Of a stretch of DNA of 20,000 nucleotides, positions 1 to 7,323 are shown in pieces. The stretch is from an uncultured virus (IMG/VR IMGVR_UViG_3300025121_000020) (lineage: Duplodnaviria > Heunggongvirae > Uroviricota > Caudoviricetes): the IMG/VR virus record IMGVR_UViG_3300025121_000020; one strand, given 5' to 3'. Each line of letters starts with the position of its first letter. Position 1 is the stretch's first letter. Under the pieces are notes generated by a model. That model was given only the letters and a program-made list of their open reading frames with translations. It searched no databases and was not told the DNA's origin. The position numbers and the translations under genes were made by a program.

Positions 1-1
1 G

Positions 2-148
2 GCTATGGCGCGGGCGCTGGCGGAAGGGCTCGAGGATGCGGACTGGATCGGCGGGCTCGAAGATGATGACGGAACGGAGCGGCCGCTGGACGAGGACGCG
101 CGGGAGATGGCGGGAAGTGTGGAGGAGCCTGCGGATCAGGCGTACTGA
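2..148 (+). CDS. 3' end of an upstream gene (partial), acidic C-terminus
   Basis: Frame +2 reads AMARALAEGLEDADWIGGLEDDDGTERPLDEDAREMAGSVEEPADQAY* with TGA at 146-148. It is open to the window edge and has GC3-rich codons. Confidence 0.55.
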   Translation, partial: AMARALAEGLEDADWIGGLEDDDGTERPLDEDAREMAGSVEEPADQAY

Positions 149-343
149 GGTTACCAACCATCAACGAACCGTCCGGCATCAGGTGAGCCGGAAGTCCCGA
201 CCTAGCCCAATCGGGCGGGTGACTCGATTCATCCCAGTCCCCGGCTATGTCCCGTGAAACGGGAAGTGAGTTCGTACACACGACGCGTCCCTCGCATGAA
301 ATCAGGAACTGAACGCGTCGCTGGGGATCAGGGTTTATTTTTC

Positions 344-504
344 GGCAGGGAGCGCTCCCGACTCCCCACTGACGAAACATCGGGAGGGCGGGTGGCACCG
401 CGCGCTTTTTATAGACCTTTGGAGCAAAGCAGCCAAACCGAAGGATGCTGGCAAGAGCATCCTTTGACCCAGCGGGGGAGGCCGCGTGCCTGACAGCGGG
501 ATTT
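344..504 (+). ncRNA. Putative structured RNA element, copy 1 of a ~160 nt repeat
   Basis: Aligns end to end with 960-1117. Stems include CTCCCGA/TCGGGAG, GCTTT/GGAGC and AAGGATGCT(441-449)/AGCATCCTT(456-464). G-U pairs favour the + strand. Confidence 0.6.
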
Positions 505-649
505 TACTACTCAGGGAGCGCTAATCTAGCCCCGGTAGTGGCTTCGTCGGGATCTTAATTCGCCTGCGGAGTAATCGGTCGATCTGGACCGCCCCGGGAA
601 ACAGGTATTTCGCATACCTTTGGGTATGTAGAGAGAAGCAGGATTCCAG

Positions 650-913
650 ATGGACGACATGCACATTCGCGACGCTCTGCAAGCTTTCAAGCGGTCTGCG
701 GAAGTTGGGGTCGAGGAAATAGAACGGAACCGCTGTAGAGTCGAGAACGGGTGGCTCGTGCTCCAGAAGAGTGGGAAGCCGCACACGGCTTCTGACGGCG
801 TAGAATACGCCCCGCTCGATCCGATCGTGTACTTCGACGAGTTTTTCGCCAGAGTCGTGGCGAAGTCGATCGAGGGGTCGGTGGTGACGGTGAGAGAGTA
901 TTTGGAGGGGTGA
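650..913 (+). CDS. Hypothetical phage protein (87 aa)
   Basis: Natural-looking composition, purine-rich upstream sequence (GAGAGAAGCAGG) and same orientation as the arm. Confidence 0.7.
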   Translation: MDDMHIRDALQAFKRSAEVGVEEIERNRCRVENGWLVLQKSGKPHTASDGVEYAPLDPIVYFDEFFARVVAKSIEGSVVTVREYLEG

Positions 914-959
914 TGCCCTCGATACCTCCTGATCGCTTTTCAAAGTAATCTAGTGCGCA

Positions 960-1117
960 GGCAGGGGAGCGCTTCCGACTCCCTGGCTCCAGAACATCGG
1001 GAGGGCGGGTGGCACCGCACGCCCTGAATATCTCTCGGGGCAAAGCAACCAGACCAGGAATGTGTTGGTGCACATCCTGACCCAGCGGGGGAGGCCGCGC
1101 GCCAGACAGCGGGATTT
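960..1117 (+). ncRNA. Putative structured RNA element, copy 2 of a ~160 nt repeat
   Basis: Shares blocks AACATCGGGAGGGCGGGTGGCACCGC, GCAAAGCA, TGACCCAGCGGGGGAGGCCGCG and GACAGCGGGATTT with copy 1. The variable segments still fold: GCCCTGA/TCGGGGC and CAGGAATGTG/CACATCCTG. Confidence 0.6.
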
Positions 1118-1144
1118 ATTATCTATAACTCGAGGTGCGCGTAC

Positions 1145-1990
1145 GTGAACCACCACCACATCAAGCAGGCACTCTCCCTTCTTGGCTTCGACCCTCTCCC
1201 GTCTCCAGATCGCGCCGGCATGCTCGATCAACTCGACGTCGCCGCGCGGTCCGTCGGGTACGACGTTTCCTGGTACCTGACTTCAGACGCCACTTTCCAC
1301 CGTGGTTACGTGCTGGGGTCGCTCGGTTGCGCTCTCCTGGACGGCGTCGCGGGGTACGAGGGGGAGCACGTGGCCGCTTACCGTGACGGGTACCGGTTGG
1401 GCCTGGCGAGTCGGGAGCGCCTCAGCCCCCCCTCTCATCGCGATGTCACGCGGGGGGCACCGCTGCCTCTCTCGGATACTACTCCCGATCGACGCGTAGC
1501 GCAGCCCATGGTGTTCGGTCGCGGCGCTGATGGGTTCTTCGTTCCCGTCGGGCACGCGGTCCACGTGCTGAGCGAGCGCGTGGATGTGCACGGGAACGCC
1601 TACCTGCTCGCGGAGTGGGGAGGATTCCTCATGCTGGTGGGGGAGCCCGAGCGGAAGCTCGCGCCCGTCGCGGGGTTCGAGAGAGACGTCGACCGCGCGG
1701 AGATCCTGCGCGAGTGGTTCGAGGGGCCGGATCCTGGCATCTGGGAGGAGGACGCCGTGCTGCACGCCCGTCTGCTTGAGCTGGTGCCCACGGCGGGGAA
1801 GCGAGACGTGCAGACCGCACGCACGGCGTACGGTCGGCGCAAGGATGACCAGGCTCTCGGTTGGGTGCAGGCCAGAGTGTACGCTATGAAGGAATGGCGT
1901 AAGACCGATACATCGCTGTCTTTTACGGATCGTTTCGCGTCCCTGCCCGAACTGACCCGCTTGTCGTGCGCGTGCGCGAGGGGCATGTGA
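1145..1990 (+). CDS. Hypothetical phage protein (281 aa)
   Basis: GAGGTG RBS before the GTG start. Its TGA overlaps the polymerase GTG start (GTGA, 1987-1990). Confidence 0.8.
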   Translation: MNHHHIKQALSLLGFDPLPSPDRAGMLDQLDVAARSVGYDVSWYLTSDATFHRGYVLGSLGCALLDGVAGYEGEHVAAYRDGYRLGLASRERLSPPSHRDVTRGAPLPLSDTTPDRRVAQPMVFGRGADGFFVPVGHAVHVLSERVDVHGNAYLLAEWGGFLMLVGEPERKLAPVAGFERDVDRAEILREWFEGPDPGIWEEDAVLHARLLELVPTAGKRDVQTARTAYGRRKDDQALGWVQARVYAMKEWRKTDTSLSFTDRFASLPELTRLSCACARGM

Positions 1991-4827
1991 CGGAAGACGC
2001 TGCATACCTGGCAGGATACTCCCTCTGCCGCACCGCGGACGAGTGGCGCGCGTGTCTCCGTGATGCGCAGGACGCCGCGGAGGTAGCGGAAGACTACGAG
2101 ACGCGTCCTGCGCCGGATATGTACTCGCACGAGAAGAGCCCGCTCCGTCCCGAGCAGGGAGCGCTCATTTGCGGTATTTCCCTCGCGTGGAGGGCGGGGG
2201 GCGCACTGCGCTCCTGCTACGTCGGATTCCGCCACGACCCGCGCTGGCAAGTTGGGTCGCAACCGGACGCGGAGGAGGTGCTCGAGGCGTACAGGGAGTG
2301 GTGCAGGAAACGAGAGAAGATCTACCTATTAGACCGATGGCGTGGTCTTCGCATTTGTCACAACATGCGAATGGAGGACTCCCAGAACCTCCGGGAACAG
2401 ATTCCCTGGCCGCTGCAGGGGCAGCGCCACGACACGATGCCCGCCTATCGCATCACGTCTCGTGGTGTCGGGATCCGGGAAGTGATCGGCTTGAAGTCCT
2501 TGCGCAACAAGTGGCTCCCGGGGCGGGGATACGCGGATCAGAAGGACGAACTGGACGCGTGGCTCAAAGGTAAGGGCTACAAGGCGGGGCGCGACATCTG
2601 GCGCGCGCCGATAGAGCTGGCAGGCAAGTACGGGGCCGGTGACACGTGCTCGAACCTCGAGCTCTGGGAGCTGGTGAAGCCCGAGCTGTTCCGCCCGCAC
2701 GACGGCGGGCTCGGCTGGTGGTGGCAGCGCGGGCACTTCGAGATCAAGGGGGAGCAACCCCTCGCTGACCTGTACGAGCTGGAGATCGAGACGTGCGCGC
2801 AGGCGGTCCTGATGGGGCACGCTGGGAGCCGCTTCGACTTCGCGAAGGCCGAGAAGCGCGCGGCACAGGCTCAGGCACTGCGAGACGCGTGCGACGCGTG
2901 GGTGCGTGACCACCTACCTGCCGATGCTGGGTGGATATCTAAGGGGAAGGAGTTCAACGCTGGTTCCACTCAGCACGTCCAGCGCCTCTTTTTCGGGGAC
3001 GGAGGAGAGCACGCGGGCTTCGGGCTCGAGGTGTCCGCCGAGCACATGAGCCAGAAGTTTCAGGAAATGAGCGCGGCGCAGCAGGAGGCAGCGCTGGCCG
3101 ATCCGGTCAAGAAGATCCACTACGCGGCGCTGGACGTCGCTGCGATGGATCACTACGCCAGGGAGTATCCGGAGCATGGGGACATCATCTTCATGATCGG
3201 CGTGCGGCGCAAGATGATGACGGTGCTCACGTGGGCGCAGAAGGTACCGGATCGTTACGCTGTGCGCGCGTGTCCGGATCCGTGGTGGGACGCGACAGAC
3301 CCGGATCGACCGTCGGTGGATTTGATATTCCATCAGATCGGCACGGTTCAGACGATGCCGGGGCGCATGAGCAGCTCGGACTACAATGGGCAGAACGTGA
3401 GCGCCGACAAGGTACTGCAGATCAAGGGGAGGGCAATGGCGCTGCTGTCCGCGCACATGGACGTGGATGCCTTTGGCGCGCTATCGCGTCTCCTGGAACC
3501 TCGGGCGGACGGGAGCGTCGATCTGGGGATTCGGTGCCTGTTTCTGACGCGGGAGGGTAGCGCGGGAGCCCCGATCGACATGTCCCAGATCGAGGTGCGA
3601 GGGTTCGCCGGCCTGACGAAGAACAAGATGCTCTGCGAAGGGTACGGTGTTCCGCCGACGCAGGAACAAGTGGCCGCGGAACTTGGCCTCCTGCGGGCAG
3701 TCGGAGAAGGTAGGCTGACGACTGAGGAGTACCTGGCGCAGTGCGTGCTGGACCCCCTCCGGCACTGGCGCGGTGTCCCGATCGACGCGCACAGCCTGGT
3801 GGCGTCCATGACGCTGGATGACGCCGACGTCCGCAAGATGCTGGGGGTCGACGTCTCGCGCGAAGTCTTCGACGACGTATTGCAGCTCGTGGCGTCTGAT
3901 GAAGAGCGTGCCGCGCTCCTGTCCCTGATGATGCTGGGGGACGTGGAGGTGGACCAGGACCAGGACGCGGCCGCAGTCGCCGTAACACACGCGAGGAAGG
4001 GGACGTCTCCAGCGGGGGCGTTGGTTCGGGAGATGCCCATTGAGGCGATTCGAGACGCTGTTCGCGGTTTAGACCCTCAGCGTGTAGGGTCCGTCGAAGC
4101 ATTCGTAGACATGCTCGTGAAGCTTCGAAAAGGCAAGAAGAGCATCACGTTCGGCATCATGTACGGCATGGGTGCCGCGAAGCTCGCTCGGAGCCTGGGA
4201 ATGACGTATCTCGAGGCGCGCGACTTCCTGGACAAGAAGTATTTCGCGCGCTTCCCAGAGGCGAAGACGATCCCGAAAGACATCGAGCGAGCGATCATCC
4301 GGCGCGCTAATGCGGGCAACGACTGGGTAGGGTGGATGCGGAACCCGAGCGGGCGCAAGTTTACCTTCCGCGTCGAGTGGCAGCACTACCCGTCCGATCC
4401 GAAGTGCTCGGCGTGCGGGAAGCTCCCGGACAGGACGCGCTTCCGCCCGTGCGACAAGTGCCACCTGTCCGCCGTCGGGGCGTACGTGGCGGTGAACAGG
4501 TTCATCCAGGGGTACGCGGCGGCGCTCTACAAGGTGGGGTATGTGCGGGCGAACCAGCTCCTGGGGATGCGCACCTTCGGGGGAGGTGCCGTGCACCCGG
4601 TCACGCGACGACCGACGCAGAAGAGTTTCGGGGAGCGGGCGATCCACGACGAGACGATTTTCATGCTCCGGAAGGAGATCGACACCCCGCTCACGGATTA
4701 CTGCCTGCGGAGCGCGATGACTCTGATGACGGGGGTGGGTGTGCCGCTCGAGACGAGCTCGGAGAGGTACGAGAGAGAGTGGGGGAGGAAGAGGAGCGTG
4801 AAGTTTACGAGGTTTGAAGTAGCGTGA
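1987..4827 (+). CDS. polA: Phage family A DNA polymerase (3'-5' exonuclease + polymerase domains, no 5'-3' exonuclease)
   Basis: ExoI DYET, ExoII HNMRMED, ExoIII YGAGD, GRMSSSDYNGQN, motif A DMSQIEVR, motif B RKGKKSITFGIMYG, AVNRFIQG and motif C IHDE. Start placed at GTG 1987 (GAGGGG RBS, overlap with upstream stop). Confidence 0.93.
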   Translation: MTEDAAYLAGYSLCRTADEWRACLRDAQDAAEVAEDYETRPAPDMYSHEKSPLRPEQGALICGISLAWRAGGALRSCYVGFRHDPRWQVGSQPDAEEVLEAYREWCRKREKIYLLDRWRGLRICHNMRMEDSQNLREQIPWPLQGQRHDTMPAYRITSRGVGIREVIGLKSLRNKWLPGRGYADQKDELDAWLKGKGYKAGRDIWRAPIELAGKYGAGDTCSNLELWELVKPELFRPHDGGLGWWWQRGHFEIKGEQPLADLYELEIETCAQAVLMGHAGSRFDFAKAEKRAAQAQALRDACDAWVRDHLPADAGWISKGKEFNAGSTQHVQRLFFGDGGEHAGFGLEVSAEHMSQKFQEMSAAQQEAALADPVKKIHYAALDVAAMDHYAREYPEHGDIIFMIGVRRKMMTVLTWAQKVPDRYAVRACPDPWWDATDPDRPSVDLIFHQIGTVQTMPGRMSSSDYNGQNVSADKVLQIKGRAMALLSAHMDVDAFGALSRLLEPRADGSVDLGIRCLFLTREGSAGAPIDMSQIEVRGFAGLTKNKMLCEGYGVPPTQEQVAAELGLLRAVGEGRLTTEEYLAQCVLDPLRHWRGVPIDAHSLVASMTLDDADVRKMLGVDVSREVFDDVLQLVASDEERAALLSLMMLGDVEVDQDQDAAAVAVTHARKGTSPAGALVREMPIEAIRDAVRGLDPQRVGSVEAFVDMLVKLRKGKKSITFGIMYGMGAAKLARSLGMTYLEARDFLDKKYFARFPEAKTIPKDIERAIIRRANAGNDWVGWMRNPSGRKFTFRVEWQHYPSDPKCSACGKLPDRTRFRPCDKCHLSAVGAYVAVNRFIQGYAAALYKVGYVRANQLLGMRTFGGGAVHPVTRRPTQKSFGERAIHDETIFMLRKEIDTPLTDYCLRSAMTLMTGVGVPLETSSERYEREWGRKRSVKFTRFEVA

Positions 4828-4871
4828 GGTGCTCTCCAGAGCTGATTCAATACTTGAGGAAAGGATGTTCA

Positions 4872-6044
4872 ATGTCCGACAGAACTAACGTCACCATTGT
4901 TGCCGACAGTCGCAACGTTGCCACCGGTGACCGCATTACTACCTTTCTCCTCTCAAACCTTATGGCGGTTGAGTTGATCGACCTCCGGACGCACCGGGCT
5001 ACCTCGTGGTCGGTGCGCTCGAGCCGGACGATGCCCCCGGACGAGTTGCGGCAGTCGTGCTGTGACACTCCCAACGGCCCGGACGCGTGGTACACTCCAG
5101 GGGAGGGAAAGATGGGGAGGGGAGATATTCTAAAGAGCGATACCTTTCCTTTTCTGTGGAAGGAAGCGGCCGGGAGTGCAGCATCGTTTCACGCTGTGTT
5201 CTGCCAGTACGGTGCCCACACCGAACTCGCCAATATGCTCCTCCTACCCTTCCTGCGCTACTCGGCCGTGGTTACGACTACGGAGTGGGGCGGGTTCTTC
5301 GCTCAGCGTGCAGTGCTGGACGATGAGAAGCACGGTCCGCGGCGGGACGTGCGCTTGCGGGTTCTGGAGATGCGGAAGCAGTACGAGGCATCGGCACCCG
5401 TACTTCTCACCCCAGGAGAGTGGCACCTTCCTTTTGTGACGCGGACGGAGCGTGCGGGCTCGAGCGCGGAGGACTGTGTCAAGCTCAGCGTCGCCCGTTG
5501 CGCGCGAGCGTCAACAGGCAAGGAAGGCGCGGGGGGCGCCGGCCTCTACGACTGGCTCCTTCGGCAGACACCGATGCATACCGGGCCGCTAGAGCACGCG
5601 GCGGAGGCTGCGCCATTCTCCGGGAGATTCGGAAACCTAGTCGGGTGGCGTAGCGTGCGGAAGGGTATCCCCGGGGAGGCGAACGGGGACTACACCAAGA
5701 AGATCGAGGTGGTCTACGTCGCCGGTCCGTTTCGCGCCGCTACAGGATGGGGCATCGAGCAGAACGTGCGTAGGGCAGAGCAGGTGGCGCTCGAGGTGGC
5801 GCGGCGGGGGTACACGTACCTGTGCCCGCACATGAACTCGAGGTACTTCCACGGGGAGGGGAGCGAAGCCTACTGGCTCGAGGTGACACGGAAGCTCATG
5901 CGGCGCAGCGATGCGCTGGTGCTCGTTGAGGGATGGGAAGAGAGCCGTGGAACACTAGGGGAGATCAAGGAGGCGAAATGGCTGGGGATGCCGGTGTTCG
6001 AGAGGGTGGAAGACTTGCCTTGTATTAACAATCAGAGAGGTTGA
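4872..6044 (+). CDS. thyX: Phage ThyX-like (FAD-dependent thymidylate synthase) domain fused to a C-terminal nucleoside 2-deoxyribosyltransferase-like/DUF4406-like domain
   Basis: N-terminal motifs IVADS..RITTF, THRATSWSVRSSR (RHRxxSxxxxSxR-like), GEWHLPF, SVARCARAS, PLEH and GNLVGW. C-terminal motifs YVAGPF...CPH...SDALVLVEGWEESRGTLGEI. ATG 4872 follows GAGGAAAGGA. Confidence 0.8.
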   Translation: MSDRTNVTIVADSRNVATGDRITTFLLSNLMAVELIDLRTHRATSWSVRSSRTMPPDELRQSCCDTPNGPDAWYTPGEGKMGRGDILKSDTFPFLWKEAAGSAASFHAVFCQYGAHTELANMLLLPFLRYSAVVTTTEWGGFFAQRAVLDDEKHGPRRDVRLRVLEMRKQYEASAPVLLTPGEWHLPFVTRTERAGSSAEDCVKLSVARCARASTGKEGAGGAGLYDWLLRQTPMHTGPLEHAAEAAPFSGRFGNLVGWRSVRKGIPGEANGDYTKKIEVVYVAGPFRAATGWGIEQNVRRAEQVALEVARRGYTYLCPHMNSRYFHGEGSEAYWLEVTRKLMRRSDALVLVEGWEESRGTLGEIKEAKWLGMPVFERVEDLPCINNQRG

Positions 6045-6045
6045 G

Positions 6046-6603
6046 ATGCTCATCTGCTTAGAAGGAATCGATGCCTGCGGGAAGGACACGCAGGCTCAAC
6101 AACTGGTCGACGCCCTTCCTGGGGCGGAAACGCTGCACTTTCCGGTCTATGACTCTGTGACCGGCAAGGTACTGCGAGAGATAATGCAGGGGGAGGAGAT
6201 CCACCCGCTGCTCTTCCAAGCTCTCATGACCCTGAACCGCCTGGAGGCTCTCCCCCTCCTGCGCAAGCCAGGTACACTGGTGCTCAACCGGTACTGGCAA
6301 TCCGGAGTCGCCTACGGGGCTGCAGACGGCTTAGACCCAGAGTGGCTCGAGGCGCTCCACAGTGTGTTGCCCGTCCCGGACCTGTGCATGCTGATCGACG
6401 TCCCGGCCGAGGTGAGCATGCTCAGGCGCTCATCGCGGGACGACGCTTACGAGACGGCGGAGCGCGTTACGCTTGCTCGGCAGCACTACTTGGACTTATG
6501 GGCAAGGCATCGGGCGGATCCGGGGTGGTACGTGGTCGACGGGACGCAGAGTGTGGAAGATGTTCACCAGCAGATCGTGGAGCTGGTAGGAGACAAGGTA
6601 TGA
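6046..6603 (+). CDS. tmk: Thymidylate (dNMP) kinase
   Basis: P-loop LEGIDACGKDTQ, LNRYWQSGVAYG (DRY motif variant), PDLCMLIDVP and VVDGTQSVEDV. Confidence 0.9.
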   Translation: MLICLEGIDACGKDTQAQQLVDALPGAETLHFPVYDSVTGKVLREIMQGEEIHPLLFQALMTLNRLEALPLLRKPGTLVLNRYWQSGVAYGAADGLDPEWLEALHSVLPVPDLCMLIDVPAEVSMLRRSSRDDAYETAERVTLARQHYLDLWARHRADPGWYVVDGTQSVEDVHQQIVELVGDKV

Positions 6604-6944
6604 TCGTCCTGGGCAAGAACGGCGAACCCTTCGCTACTATCACGCAGCCATTCCGGTCCGCGAAATTTCCACTTTCTGGTAAAGTGACGGCGGACTATCA
6701 AGGGTTCCACCGTGGAGACGCGGTCGCAGCCCTTCCCAGTTCTACAAAAGACGGGATTGTCCGGGTCATACTGATTCGTGTGCATGCGACGGACGAAGAG
6801 TTGGTGCGGGATCCGAAGCCCCTCGTAGTCGACGGGTGGGTCGCGGGGAAGCCCAGTGCGGCGCTTGAGCACGTGTATGACGACATCATTGCCGCGTCGA
6901 AAGAGTTGAACGCTTGTCTCAAAGAGGAGAAGCGGCGTGGCTGA
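6600..6944 (+). CDS. Hypothetical protein (114 aa, MIVLGKNGEPF...)
   Basis: ATGA overlap with the tmk stop gives the true start at 6600, inside the listed 6342 ORF. It overlaps the next gene. Confidence 0.75.
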   Translation: MIVLGKNGEPFATITQPFRSAKFPLSGKVTADYQGFHRGDAVAALPSSTKDGIVRVILIRVHATDEELVRDPKPLVVDGWVAGKPSAALEHVYDDIIAASKELNACLKEEKRRG

Positions 6945-7323
6945 GTCAACCGCTACCACAGCGCTCATGCGAGATCTCCGGAAGGTCGAGTGCCACGTTC
7001 AGAAGCTGGCGGGGTCGTTTTACCAGACGGGGGTCCCGGATCTCTACGTGCTGAATGCGCGGGGCAGGCACGTCTGGATCGAGATGAAGTACGCCGTACG
7101 CAAGCCCTCAGACGTGATCGGTTGGCTCACTCTCTTCGGTAGTCGCGGACGTGCGTTACAGGATGAGTTCACCCGCGCCGTGTGCGAGCGGGACCCGCTA
7201 GGGGCGTGCGTCGTGGTGGCTCACCCGGAGCTGTGGGCGCTCTACCAGCCGATAGACAGGCCGAAGTACAAATTGTGCGTGACGGGGCGGGATGCCGTCC
7301 TAGAATGGATATTGCGTGGATAA
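6937..7323 (+). CDS. VRR-NUC / PD-(D/E)XK nuclease (Holliday junction resolvase-like)
   Basis: N-terminal E, GVPDLYVL, WIEMK and a downstream LQ, the typical VRR-NUC pattern. Confidence 0.85.
   Translation: MAESTATTALMRDLRKVECHVQKLAGSFYQTGVPDLYVLNARGRHVWIEMKYAVRKPSDVIGWLTLFGSRGRALQDEFTRAVCERDPLGACVVVAHPELWALYQPIDRPKYKLCVTGRDAVLEWILRG

Noticed and set aside
369..380. Hammerhead ribozyme core (CTGACGA..AAAC)
   Set aside because: There is no stem II between CUGANGA and GAAA, and the motif is absent from the second copy.
421..500. c-di-GMP-I (GEMM) riboswitch suggested by GCAAAGC and GACAGCGGG
   Set aside because: No GNRA-capped P1 hairpin or GGCAAAC start, and the expected P2 pairing does not form.
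3784..4128. Intein in the polymerase
   Set aside because: Lacks splice-junction residues and LAGLIDADG motifs.
1987..4827. DpoZ / 2-aminoadenine system
   Set aside because: No purZ, datZ or mazZ in the window and no diagnostic evidence readable by eye.
6342..6599. N-terminal extension of the 6342-6944 ORF (likewise the listed starts at 1966, 4824, 8629, 9225, 13087 and 19152)
   Set aside because: Downstream starts with an RBS and/or stop-start overlaps fit better.
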